Source: an uncultured bacterium
GTDB taxonomy: Bacteria; Krumholzibacteriota; Krumholzibacteriia; Krumholzibacteriales; Krumholzibacteriaceae
NCBI GenBank assembly: GCA_965371515.1
Contig: CBDUYR010000024.1
Coordinates: 1 to 38,738, forward strand
DNA length: 38,738 bases
Direction: 5' to 3'
Below the pieces are notes generated by a model, which was not told the origin of the DNA, did no database searches, and saw nothing but the letters and a program-made list of their open reading frames with translations. A program made the position numbers and the translations under genes. The first letter of the stretch is position 1. The number at the start of each line of letters is the position of its first letter. This document shows positions 28,634-37,223 of this stretch, one piece after another.

Positions 28634-29472
28634 CTCAATATTCCCGCGCAAAGGAGCAACATGAGAAAGCCCGCCATGAACACGATTATTCCCGATGCTT
28701 CATGCAGAGGGCCGTCGGCGAATTGGGGTCCGACGAATTGGGCGCCGAGCGCTGTGACGACCAGCCGGACGGTATTTGCCGCGATAGCGGCCGGTACCGA
28801 GAGGATGACGAGGAAGAACTTCCTGCCATTCGACATGTCGGAGAAGAACGCGAAGACGACGGCGAGTGTAAACATCGTCATCAGGGAGCGCAGCCCGCTG
28901 CAGGCCGCTATCACCTCGAGCGTGTACCCGGGAAGCATCAGGATGTTTCCCCTGCGGATCACGCTGACCCTCAGTGCCGTAAGGAGGCCGGCGCTGAGCT
29001 TCGCGCTGAGTATCTGCATCGGAAAGGTGATCTTGAAGTAGATGATATATGGAAGGGGGATCATCAGGAGGAGCATCACCAGAGGAGGACCTGCGACCTT
29101 CGTAAAATTCCATCCCCTGAGAAAGAGGACGGTCCCGAGGATCATCAGGGGCAGCGAGACCCTCATCGTAAAGTACTCAGCAGCCGCCGTTCCGGTGATG
29201 AGAAGGACCGCCGAAGCGAGGATCAGCAGGAGGCCTGTAAGTTCTTTGCCGCCGCCGCAGGCCTCGCGGAGCGTGTCGCGTCTTCTCCAGAGCAGCAGCG
29301 CCGATACAAGTGGGATGAGAAGGCCATGGCGGTAATTAGAGTCGTTGAGCCACTGGCGTACAAGCGAAGAGACGACCGGCGCGTACAGCACTGCCAGAAG
29401 GACGAGCGCTGCAATCGTCAGAATCGAATCAGTCCGGGCTCTACGGCCCTGTTTCTGGGCGGTCACCGACAC
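28594..29472 (-). CDS. xrt: Exosortase (EpsH/Xrt family)
   Basis: W..DSNYRHGLLIP, MIPLP, RRGNIL, catalytic Cys (LEVIAACSGLRSL), Arg (ANTVR), His (LHEASG); GGAGG SD before GTG. Confidence 0.95.
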   Translation of the reverse strand: MSVTAQKQGRRARTDSILTIAALVLLAVLYAPVVSSLVRQWLNDSNYRHGLLIPLVSALLLWRRRDTLREACGGGKELTGLLLILASAVLLITGTAAAEYFTMRVSLPLMILGTVLFLRGWNFTKVAGPPLVMLLLMIPLPYIIYFKITFPMQILSAKLSAGLLTALRVSVIRRGNILMLPGYTLEVIAACSGLRSLMTMFTLAVVFAFFSDMSNGRKFFLVILSVPAAIAANTVRLVVTALGAQFVGPQFADGPLHEASGIIVFMAGFLMLLLCAGILRWTQYRRKRSPRS

Positions 29473-29523
29473 CAGGTCTCCTCCCGTGACTTCCTGTTGA
29501 GTCTTTTATATCTCTTTCGGCAG

Positions 29524-29532
29524 ATTATAACA
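29524..29532 (-). promoter_or_regulatory. Extended -10 promoter for the xrt-epsI-TPR-prsK-prsR operon
   Basis: TGTTATAAT (TGn-TATAAT) on the minus strand, ~50 nt upstream of the xrt start and downstream of the terminator. Confidence 0.6.
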
Positions 29533-29602
29533 AGAGTTATGCCCCTGGTGGGGATTGACCGGACAGGCAGGGGGAATTTCGTTACGAAGGATGCCAGGGA
29601 AT

Positions 29603-29640
29603 AAAAAAAGGCGGGTGTCCGATGGATCACACCCGCCTTT
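29603..29640 (-). terminator. Rho-independent terminator after the PEP-CTERM gene
   Basis: AAAGGCGGGTGT-N10-ACACCCGCCTTT stem running into a T7 tract on the minus strand. Confidence 0.85.
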
Positions 29641-29661
29641 GAACAAGGGTTCTACCCCTGA

Positions 29662-30372
29662 CTATCGCTTTTTTCTCCTCAGAAGAGGCACTATCCCGAG
29701 AAGGCCGAGGCCGAGAAGGCTCAGCGTGGAAGGCTCGGGAGTAGAGTGATGATAGGACGAATCATGAAACGGTGAGTTAGTCCATGTGTAGCCATTGGCG
29801 TCGACGCCGATAGCGTCGAAATTGGCCCAATCGAAGCCGCGGACAGTGACATCGAGTGTGATCTCATCGCCCCAGCCGGGAGAAGATATCTGGCCGAAGC
29901 CGTAGTGGAGGGCGTTGGCCTGGCTGTTGCCTATCCGCCCGATATCGAGGAAACTGTACTGTGCGCCGATAGAGGGGCTCAATAGTGGGACCGTCAAACT
30001 GGGATTCGTGCCGGCCGGGATCGCGTCGCACCACCTCTCGAAGGCGGAGATCTCGACGCCGTTTACGAAGATCTGTCCCATCTGGCCCTTCGGGACGCTC
30101 ATCGCGAGATAGCAGTCCATGTAATCGTAGGCCGGGGCCGTGTACATCGAGCGATCACCAGTCGATATGCTGCTTGCATTGCCCCAGTAGCCGACGACCT
30201 TGAGGTCGAAGTTGCTCGAGTGCGATACCCACGTGCCGAAATCAAGCCCCGAAGTGTAGAAGGAATACTGCGAGTCCACGATGTAAGTCTGCAGCCTCGG
30301 TACAGCGGCGACCGGCATCGCAACGGCGAGGACCGTCAGGACCGCCAGGCTCATGAATATCGATCTTTTCAT
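29662..30372 (-). CDS. PEP-CTERM sorting-signal protein (choice-of-anchor N-like domain)
   Basis: AAGGAG SD, signal peptide MKRSIFMSLAVLTVLAVAMPVAA, mature N-terminus VPRLQTYI, C-terminus TPEPSTLSLLGLGLLGIVPLLRRKKR. Confidence 0.93.
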   Translation of the reverse strand: MKRSIFMSLAVLTVLAVAMPVAAVPRLQTYIVDSQYSFYTSGLDFGTWVSHSSNFDLKVVGYWGNASSISTGDRSMYTAPAYDYMDCYLAMSVPKGQMGQIFVNGVEISAFERWCDAIPAGTNPSLTVPLLSPSIGAQYSFLDIGRIGNSQANALHYGFGQISSPGWGDEITLDVTVRGFDWANFDAIGVDANGYTWTNSPFHDSSYHHSTPEPSTLSLLGLGLLGIVPLLRRKKR

Positions 30373-30443
30373 CTCTTGCTCCTTTTGCAAGTGTCGGGAT
30401 TCTTTATGATCCCGCAATAAATCGCAATTTCAGTGATAATATC

Positions 30444-30459
30444 CGCAAGTGCCGTGCCA
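30444..30459 (-). promoter_or_regulatory. Sigma54 (-24/-12) promoter of the PEP-CTERM gene
   Basis: TGGCACGGCACTTGCG, a perfect TGGCACG-N4-TTGC. Confidence 0.92.
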
Positions 30460-30486
30460 TGGCCGGACGATTTGTAACATGCAATA

Positions 30487-30499
30487 TTACAAGTGGTTA
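30487..30499. promoter_or_regulatory. IHF-like site between enhancer and sigma54 promoter
   Basis: TTACAAGTGGTTA matches the CAANNNNTTR core of WATCAANNNNTTR in an AT-rich patch. Confidence 0.5.
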
Positions 30500-30539
30500 C
30501 GGGTGAAAATAACTGGGTGATTTTGCCCTGTCCATATCG

Positions 30540-30556
30540 TGTAAAATATTCCGACG
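30540..30556. promoter_or_regulatory. Putative PrsR enhancer (PEP-CTERM box)
   Basis: TGTAAAATATTCCGACG (TGTAAA-N5-CCGAC), ~80 bp upstream of the -24 element; a weaker copy TGTAAATCAACGGGATA lies at 30587-30603. Confidence 0.7.
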
Positions 30557-30615
30557 GTAATCTTCCGGGCAATATATTTAAAGCATTGTAAATCAACGGG
30601 ATATACGACTCCTTG

Positions 30616-30647
30616 AAAAATGGAAGCGGGGATCGCTCCCCGCCTCC
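30616..30647 (-). terminator. Rho-independent terminator of the basic-protein gene
   Basis: GGAGGCGGGGA-GCGA-TCCCCGCTTCC-ATTTTT on the minus strand (GNRA loop). Confidence 0.7.
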
Positions 30648-30707
30648 TCACGGTACCGGCCGACTTCCGGGTTGGTTGCGGCCGGACCGGATCTGCTTCA
30701 TATTCGT

Positions 30708-31328
30708 TCAACGTCTCCGCGTGGCACTCCTGCGCACTCTGGTGGCGCCCCTTGTCAGGGAAGAGGCCGAGGAACGCCTGCGCGTGCCGGAGCTCGTGGT
30801 CCTCGTTCCCATCTTCGCGCTCCTGCGCCAGGCGCTTGCCCGGCTGTAACCGGTCGTGCGCTTGTACTTCGACGAGGAGTTGAAGGGGAGGCGGCGCTTC
30901 AAGGCGCTGGCCCGCGTGGCCTGAGCAGGGCTGGTCAGTTTGCCGCTCCCGCGGCTCGGACCGTTTCTATCCCTGGTGGACTTCCAGAGGAAATTCTGGC
31001 TGCCCCGCTTGGTGAAGCTCGAACCGTCGATTCCGGTAGAGTTGCCTGCAGCAGGTCTGGACATACTGCCGGCCCTTTTAGCCCTCCTTCCGGCCTTCAT
31101 GACCGTGGACCGGCGTGTGACCGTCATCGTCCCGTCAGGGGCGCTTGTGACGGTCGCACCCGCTTCCCTTGTCGCCGTCCGTATCCAGCGCCCGTCGATC
31201 TCCACGCCCTTCTTTATCGCCCAGCGCTCAAAATCGTCCGGATGAACGGCCGAGGCCGCGACGGGAAGGGCGGTCGCGATCGAAAGCAGCAGAAACAGCG
31301 GCACGATCGATACCCTGAAGTAGTTCAT
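30708..31328 (-). CDS. Secreted, highly basic Arg/Ser/Thr-rich hypothetical protein
   Basis: SD AGGGAAG, signal peptide ending AASA, own sigma70 promoter and terminator; ~43 R+K versus ~9 D+E in the mature part by hand count. Confidence 0.75.
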   Translation of the reverse strand: MNYFRVSIVPLFLLLSIATALPVAASAVHPDDFERWAIKKGVEIDGRWIRTATREAGATVTSAPDGTMTVTRRSTVMKAGRRAKRAGSMSRPAAGNSTGIDGSSFTKRGSQNFLWKSTRDRNGPSRGSGKLTSPAQATRASALKRRLPFNSSSKYKRTTGYSRASAWRRSAKMGTRTTSSGTRRRSSASSLTRGATRVRRSATRRR

Positions 31329-31439
31329 GGTTGCTTCCCTGTATCTATATTTATCGGAAATAGGTAACGGATTTAGAAATCTATATTGTTACGCAGGGAA
31401 TAGAAGAGGAGGAGAGAGGTTCCTGTCCTAACAAAAACA

Positions 31440-31468
31440 AGTCTATCACACGGGCAGGAAGGTGTCAA
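31440..31468 (-). promoter_or_regulatory. Strong sigma70 promoter of the basic-protein gene
   Basis: TTGACA-N17-TAGACT with an extended TGn element. Confidence 0.8.
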
Positions 31469-31549
31469 GCGAGCCGGTCCCCGGAGGCGGCGCGGATTGA
31501 CCCCCTGGAGGCCGTCAGGACTCCCCACACAGAATTTTAAAAAGTTCGA

Positions 31550-34225
31550 TCACATGCTGAACCACTTGTTGATCTTGATCAGGAAAGTGTTGTCGCCAGC
31601 GGTGGAAAAGAGGTTGCCCAGGTCGCGACCCGGCTCGAATCGTCCGTATTCCTCCTCGAAATCGGAGGCGCCCCTCGACCACACGAGAAAGAGGGTCGAG
31701 CCGGGGCTGTACTCCCAGCGGAATACGAGGTTGGAGTTGAACTCCTTGAAGTTGAAGTCGAGGTTGTCTGAATAATCGTACGGCGCGAACCGGTCGTCGT
31801 AGTCCGGCGCGTGAGGTGCGACGACCTCGCGGTAGCCGGAGTACTTACCAGCTGTTACAAAGGGCATTCCGTAGAACTGCAGCGTCATATTCGGCGTGAT
31901 CGTGAAATTGAAACGGGTCGTGATGAACAGCGTCTCTCGCCTGAGGTTGGCAATGATGTAGCTCCCGCCGATCTCATCGACGTACTGCCTGTCGTTCTCG
32001 CTGACGTAGTACTCGGGGCTGAATGTGATGTCGAATCTGCTCGACGGGCGGATCGTGATACCCGGCTCGAATCCCTGTGACGCGTATCCCTCGTCGTCAA
32101 CTGAATAATTGCCGGAATACCTGAAGACCAGGAACTTGCGGTGGTCGGTACTGATGCCGTACCAGGAGGATGTCCTTCCCGGTACGAGCACCGATGGGCC
32201 TCCCCGAAGCAGACGGTTGTCCTGCCTCCCCATGTTCCGGTTGATCCCGCCGTTAATCGACCAGTAGTTCTTGAACTGGAACCAAACGTTTATATTGCCG
32301 CCCACGCTACCGAGGTTTTCCCGGCCGAAGTTCGTTCCGTTCCACATATTCGAGTTGATGCTGTACTCCCTGAAGATCCACTGCTCGTCGAACTTCCGGT
32401 ATCCTCCCCAGAGGACGGAGAGGACCTGGTCGGCGTCCTGCGAGAATCCGATGTCATTGATCTCGAAACCGGGGCTGCGCACGTGCACGCCGGCTCCCCA
32501 GCGCCACGGCTGCCCGCCGAATTTGCCGCCCCAGAGGGTCGATGTCCAGCCGGCCAGGCTCGTCAGGGTCGAGTCGATGCCGAGATGCTCGGCGTCGGGC
32601 CGCTGGAAATATCTGACAGGGGATGTCTGCGCCTCGAGGATCGCCTCTTCGCTGCCGCGGATGTAACTGCCGTACAGCTTCCCGATGACCTGGTAATCCT
32701 CGTTGGTGAAGCGGTGGTTGAAATGCATACCGCCGCTGTAGGCCGCGTCGGCGAGATAATTGAAATCGCTGTTGGGCAGCTTCCTGTGAACGCTGGTGGC
32801 AATACCGCCGACAGCGGTACGCCCGGAGTTGAAATCCTTCTGGAGGCTCAGCACGGCATAGTTGGTCATCGGCTCGATCGCGACCCCGTACTCGCCGCCT
32901 GCCGGGTCCATGACGACCGCCTCTTCCTTGTCGGTCAGGGCATCGAGCAGGCCGATCGACCATCCGCTCGCGGTCCGGCCGGTGACCTTCGCTGCTCCGA
33001 GGATCTTCGTGAACTCGGGGCTGTCGACCCAGTAGCCGTCGGTGTCCTCGGGGAACCTGTTCGAGTCGAGGGCGTATCCGTGGGGCCGCCGCCCGATACG
33101 CCTCGAGTAGAAAAGACGCTCGCGGGACATGTCTCCGAGGTTGATCGAGGAGTCGAAGATGTTGGCTCCCTCTATGAAGAAGGGCCTCCTCTCCCCGAAA
33201 TACGTCTCGTATGCGGTGAGGTTGAATTCGGAGGGATCCTGCTCGATCTGCCCGAAATCGGGATTGAGCGACAGGTTCAGCGTGATGTCGCTCGTCAGGC
33301 CGTATTTCAGGTCGCCGCCGATGCGTCCGTCCTTGACGGCATTCTGGAGATAGGGATCGTCACCCGGATCGCCGTACGATTCGAGCGAACCCACCACGTA
33401 GGGCAGGATCTCGAGGTTTCTCGTGAGCGGCAGATTTTCCATACCCTCGAGCCGGCCGAAAACCGAGACTATCTGGTTCGATTCGCGCGGGCAGCGGTTC
33501 CAGAAGGAGGACTCGTTGAGTCGGTTGATCTCTCTGTATACCTGCAGGCCCCACGATTTCGTCTGGCCGTTCCCCGAGTAGCGCAGCTGGTTGAACGGGA
33601 TGCGGAATTCGGCCGTCCAGCCGTTCTCGTCGATGCTGGTGCCGACGTGCCAGACGGCGTCCCAGTTATTGTCGACCTCGTTGTCGTTGGACCAGAACCG
33701 GTCCCTTTTGACGCCCGCCGGGTTTACCAGGAAATCGAAGGCGGTACGCTTGTCGTCGTAGCTGTCGAATGCCACTCCGAGCCAGTCGGAGGGAGTGTAG
33801 TTGTCGCGCCTCGTCATGCGCCCGACGATCCTGTCGGGCTGGGAGTCGAGGGCAGTGATCCCTATGTATATATATTCGTCGTCGTAGAGGACCCTGAAGA
33901 AGGTCTTCTCGGCCGACGGCTCACCGTCGTTCGGTTCACGTTGTATGAAACCGGTCGAGACAGGCGCGAGTTTCCAGTCGATTTCGTCGAGCATGCCGTC
34001 TATCTCGATGCTGCCGTTCATCCTCCTGCTGGAGACGCATGTCTGCAGCTGCACGGTCGATGTCTTGAGTGCCTCGTCGTACTCCTGCTTCGACGGCACC
34101 GGGAGGCCGCTATCCGCCGGAGACGCCGTGGACGCGATCGGCGATATGGCTGTTATAAAAAACGCGAGCGCCGCTATTGAGGGCGCCCGCCCGGGCCAGG
34201 AGCTCGATTCAGGGACTTCCATCAT
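31550..34225 (-). CDS. CBM9-like domain + DUF5916 outer-membrane beta-barrel protein
   Basis: IEIDGMLDEIDW, YDDEYIYIG, WTAEFRIPFNQLRY, NPDFGQIEQD, ERRPFFIEG, LFYSRRIGR, NLVFRWEYSPGSTLFLVWS, aromatic C-terminus. Confidence 0.88.
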   Translation of the reverse strand: MMEVPESSSWPGRAPSIAALAFFITAISPIASTASPADSGLPVPSKQEYDEALKTSTVQLQTCVSSRRMNGSIEIDGMLDEIDWKLAPVSTGFIQREPNDGEPSAEKTFFRVLYDDEYIYIGITALDSQPDRIVGRMTRRDNYTPSDWLGVAFDSYDDKRTAFDFLVNPAGVKRDRFWSNDNEVDNNWDAVWHVGTSIDENGWTAEFRIPFNQLRYSGNGQTKSWGLQVYREINRLNESSFWNRCPRESNQIVSVFGRLEGMENLPLTRNLEILPYVVGSLESYGDPGDDPYLQNAVKDGRIGGDLKYGLTSDITLNLSLNPDFGQIEQDPSEFNLTAYETYFGERRPFFIEGANIFDSSINLGDMSRERLFYSRRIGRRPHGYALDSNRFPEDTDGYWVDSPEFTKILGAAKVTGRTASGWSIGLLDALTDKEEAVVMDPAGGEYGVAIEPMTNYAVLSLQKDFNSGRTAVGGIATSVHRKLPNSDFNYLADAAYSGGMHFNHRFTNEDYQVIGKLYGSYIRGSEEAILEAQTSPVRYFQRPDAEHLGIDSTLTSLAGWTSTLWGGKFGGQPWRWGAGVHVRSPGFEINDIGFSQDADQVLSVLWGGYRKFDEQWIFREYSINSNMWNGTNFGRENLGSVGGNINVWFQFKNYWSINGGINRNMGRQDNRLLRGGPSVLVPGRTSSWYGISTDHRKFLVFRYSGNYSVDDEGYASQGFEPGITIRPSSRFDITFSPEYYVSENDRQYVDEIGGSYIIANLRRETLFITTRFNFTITPNMTLQFYGMPFVTAGKYSGYREVVAPHAPDYDDRFAPYDYSDNLDFNFKEFNSNLVFRWEYSPGSTLFLVWSRGASDFEEEYGRFEPGRDLGNLFSTAGDNTFLIKINKWFSM

Positions 34226-34230
34226 ATATC

Positions 34231-34260
34231 TATAACGAACGGGGCCGGGGGTAAGTTTCA
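34231..34260 (-). promoter_or_regulatory. ECF-sigma-type promoter, probably giving a leaderless mRNA
   Basis: TGAAAC-N17-CGTTATA ending 5 nt before ATG 34225; no SD present. Confidence 0.55.
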
Positions 34261-34286
34261 GGAAAAACGCCTCGGCCCCGAATAAA

Positions 34287-34302
34287 TGTTAATTTTTTAA
34301 CA
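34287..34302. promoter_or_regulatory. Palindromic operator (Rex- or Crp/Fnr-like)
   Basis: TGTTAA-TTTT-TTAACA perfect arms in an AT-rich intergenic patch. Confidence 0.5.
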
Positions 34303-34350
34303 CCGATTCAAGTGGAATCAACACCTGTATGCATGCAATCTATTGTTGAA

Positions 34351-35679
34351 TCAGCACTTATCGATATATCGTTCGATCTCCCAGTCTGTGACGGCAATCT
34401 TGTACTCATGCGCCTCGAGCGCCTTGGCCTCGGCGTATTTACGCTGCAGGTCCTCGCCGAGAAGCTCCCTCATCAGCGCGCTTTCCCGGAAGAGGTATAC
34501 CGCCGCCTCGAGAGACTGCGGCAGCAGGTCGACCCCCTGTTTTTCGAGCTCATCATGCGGCAGGGTGTAGACGCTGTCCTCGATCTCCGGGGCGAGTTCG
34601 TACCCCTGCTTGATTCCCTCCAGGCCGGCTTTGAGGATGGCGGCGAAGAGGAGATAGGGGGACGCTGCCGGATCGGGGCAGCGTACTTCGGCGCGAACCG
34701 ATGTCTTGCGGCCCTTCGTTGATTGCGGGATCCTGATCAGCGATGAGCGGTTCATGCTTCCCCAGCAGATGTATACCGGTGCCTCGTATCCCGAAATGAG
34801 CCTCTTGTACGAGTTGACCGTCGGGTTGCTGATCGCGCACATTTCCTTTATGTGTGCCAGCAGTCCGGCGATGAACTGCTTCGCAAGGGGAGAGAGGCGG
34901 TGGGGGTCTTCTGCATCGAAGAAGACCGGCGTACCGTCGGTCGAGAAGAGGCTCACGTGCGTGTGCATCCCGCTCCCAGCCTTGCCGAAGAGCGGCTTGG
35001 GCATGAACGAGGCGATGAGACCGTACCTGTGGGATATCGATTTTATGATCTTCTTCAGGACGACGACATTGTCGGCCGTCGTGAGGGCTCCGCTGTAGCG
35101 GAAGCCGACCTCGTGCTGGCCGACGCCGACCTCGTGATGGGCCCGCTCCGAGTCGATCCCGAAGCCCTTGAGAGCCACCATGATCTCCTTGCGGATATCG
35201 CTCCCTATGTCTTTGACCGAGCTGTCGAAGTACGAGCCCGTATCGAACTCTGGTGTCCGGAAGCTGCCGTCCTCGTGACGTTTGAAGAGATAAAACTCGA
35301 CCTCGGGGCCTACGAAGAACTCGTAACCCATATCAGCCGCTTCGGCGATGACCTTTTTCAGAACGGCCCTCGGATCGCCCTCGAAGAGGTTGCCGTCGGG
35401 GGTGTAGACGTCGCACATGAACCTCGCTGTCTTCTTGCTCTCGATGTCGACGGGAAGAATGGAGTATGTCGCCGGATCGGGTATCAGGTACATGTCGCTT
35501 TCCATGGTCCTGGCGAATCCGCGGATCGAGGATCCGTCGAACCAGACACCGCGCTCCAGGGCGTCCTCGAGCATTCCGACCGGGAGTTCGATCGATTTCA
35601 GCACCCCGAATATGTCGGTGAACTCGAGCTCGAGGAACATCACGCCGTCTTCGTGCACCTGAGTCATGATATCTCTCAC
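34351..35679 (-). CDS. glnA: Glutamine synthetase type I (GSI-alpha-like)
   Basis: FDGSSIRGF, ESDMYLIPD, GPEVEFYLF, HHEVGVGQHE, FMPKPLFGKAGSGMHTHVSL, NSYKRL..GYEAP, NRSSLIRIP, EVRCPDP; GGGAGG SD before GTG. Confidence 0.93.
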   Translation of the reverse strand: MRDIMTQVHEDGVMFLELEFTDIFGVLKSIELPVGMLEDALERGVWFDGSSIRGFARTMESDMYLIPDPATYSILPVDIESKKTARFMCDVYTPDGNLFEGDPRAVLKKVIAEAADMGYEFFVGPEVEFYLFKRHEDGSFRTPEFDTGSYFDSSVKDIGSDIRKEIMVALKGFGIDSERAHHEVGVGQHEVGFRYSGALTTADNVVVLKKIIKSISHRYGLIASFMPKPLFGKAGSGMHTHVSLFSTDGTPVFFDAEDPHRLSPLAKQFIAGLLAHIKEMCAISNPTVNSYKRLISGYEAPVYICWGSMNRSSLIRIPQSTKGRKTSVRAEVRCPDPAASPYLLFAAILKAGLEGIKQGYELAPEIEDSVYTLPHDELEKQGVDLLPQSLEAAVYLFRESALMRELLGEDLQRKYAEAKALEAHEYKIAVTDWEIERYIDKC

Positions 35680-35913
35680 TGCTTCAGCCTCCCGGTCGAT
35701 GAAATAACAATCCGGCCCGGCCGCCTCGCTTCAGGGCAGTCGGCAACAAATTCACTTACAATGAGTTAGATCGATTACGATCCTGTGCCGGCATATTGCG
35801 GAATCAATGCGGACACGTTCCTTTTTACTGCAGTGGAGGGAGCGCTGTCTACATTTAATCACACCGGACAGGGCCGGAGATCGAAATTTTTCAGATTATT
35901 TTGAAACTCCCTC

Positions 35914-35953
35914 TTGACATGTGCGTATATACTGTATATATACGATATGCACA
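35914..35953 (+). promoter_or_regulatory. Sigma70 -35 plus overlapping YtrA-type operator
   Basis: TTGACA at 35914 followed by the long imperfect palindrome TGTGCGTATATACTGTATATATACGATATGCACA, typical of YtrA-family autorepression. Confidence 0.75.
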
Positions 35954-35971
35954 GACGAAAGGATGCGAGAC

Positions 35972-36352
35972 GTGTTTATTGTGATTTCTCCTTCGAATCC
36001 CGACCCGATGCACAAGCAGGTGACCGACCAGGTCAAGAACGCCATCGCGCGGGAGACCCTGAAGGCGGGGGAGAAGCTCCCCTCGATAAGGGAGATGTCG
36101 AAGGAGCTGAAGATCAGCCCCATCACGATCAAACGCTCGTACCGGGATCTCGAGCAGGAGGGATACATACTCACCCGCGCCGGCCTGGGCAGTTTCGTCG
36201 CCGAAGTCGATTTCAGCAGGCTCAGGAGCGAGAAGATCGATGAGATCGCGGGGGAGCTCGGGAGGATACTGAAGATGGCCGCCGGATACGGCATATCGGT
36301 GGCCGAACTGAGAAAGATACTCAAGAGACTGCAGGAGGAAGACAATGGATAG
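35972..36352 (+). CDS. GntR-family regulator, YtrA subfamily
   Basis: GTG start after AAAGGA; PMHKQVTDQVK, GEKLPSIREMSKELKISPITIKRSYRDLEQEG, GLGSFV; short C-terminal helix. Confidence 0.93.
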   Translation: MFIVISPSNPDPMHKQVTDQVKNAIARETLKAGEKLPSIREMSKELKISPITIKRSYRDLEQEGYILTRAGLGSFVAEVDFSRLRSEKIDEIAGELGRILKMAAGYGISVAELRKILKRLQEEDNG

Positions 36353-37223
36353 GATCATGGAGGTAAACGGCCTGAGGAAGGAGTACAGGACGTTCACACT
36401 CGACGGCGTGACGCTCGAGATCCCGAAGGGGACAATCCTGGGGCTGATCGGCCCGAACGGATCGGGAAAGACCACTACGATCAGGATGCTGATGAAGATG
36501 ACCAGACCCGACGCCGGGTCGATACGTATGTTCGGCCTCGGGCTCGATGCCCACGAGAAGGAGATAAAAAACCGCGTCGGTTACGTCGGCGAGGAACAGT
36601 TCTACTACCAGAACAAGAAGGTCTCGTGGACGGGGAATTTCGTCTCGCAGTACTTCGAGAAATGGGACAGGGAGATGTTCGATTCCCTGCTCAGGGAGTT
36701 CGATCTCGACCCGTCGCAGAAGGTGGGCAAGCTCTCGAAGGGGATGAAGGTGAAGCTCTCTTTCGCAATTGCTTTCTCGCACCATCCCGAGCTTATGATA
36801 CTCGATGAGCCGACAGCCGGCCTCGACCCCGTCATCAGGCGAGAGATACTCGACCGGCTCCTTACATTCCGCGACGACCATGAGGGTTCCGTCTTTATCT
36901 CATCTCACATAACCGATGACATCGTGCGGATAGCCGACTACGTCGCATTCATAGTCGACGGGAAGATCGCGATACACGCCGAGAAGGACGAGATCCTCTC
37001 GAGCTGGAAGAGGCTGCATTTCAAGCCCGGGGCGATCGAAGGCGAGATTGTAACAGGGCTGAGGTGCGTCGAGGCGCACGCATTCGGCAGCACCGGCGTA
37101 ACCAATAAATACAGGAAGCTCGAGGGCAGGATCGCTGCGGCCGTAGCCGCCGGCGACGTCAAGGTCGAGAACGTCAACCTCGACGATGTACTGATCGCCT
37201 TCGTGAAAGGCGGCCGGGCATGA
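36345..37223 (+). CDS. ABC-2 type transporter ATP-binding protein (YtrB-like)
   Basis: GPNGSGKTT, LSKGM signature, ILDEPTAGLDP, SSH. Confidence 0.95.
   Translation: MDRIMEVNGLRKEYRTFTLDGVTLEIPKGTILGLIGPNGSGKTTTIRMLMKMTRPDAGSIRMFGLGLDAHEKEIKNRVGYVGEEQFYYQNKKVSWTGNFVSQYFEKWDREMFDSLLREFDLDPSQKVGKLSKGMKVKLSFAIAFSHHPELMILDEPTAGLDPVIRREILDRLLTFRDDHEGSVFISSHITDDIVRIADYVAFIVDGKIAIHAEKDEILSSWKRLHFKPGAIEGEIVTGLRCVEAHAFGSTGVTNKYRKLEGRIAAAVAAGDVKVENVNLDDVLIAFVKGGRA

Noticed and set aside
29530..29545. Sigma54-like GGCATAACTCTTGT upstream of xrt
   Set aside because: The -12 dinucleotide is GT, not GC, and a perfect extended -10 overlaps it.
31351..31377. Sigma28-like TAAA...TCCGATAA upstream of the basic protein
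   Set aside because: Spacing is 13 rather than 15 nt, and a much better sigma70 promoter exists upstream.
32141..34180. 679-aa plus-strand ORF
   Set aside because: Antisense shadow of the DUF5916 gene, as expected in GC-rich DNA; no recognizable motifs.
34351..35679. Possibility that glnA is a gamma-glutamyl-polyamine ligase
   Set aside because: It keeps the GYEAP glutamate flap and ESD motif of true glutamine synthetases; nothing unusual seen.
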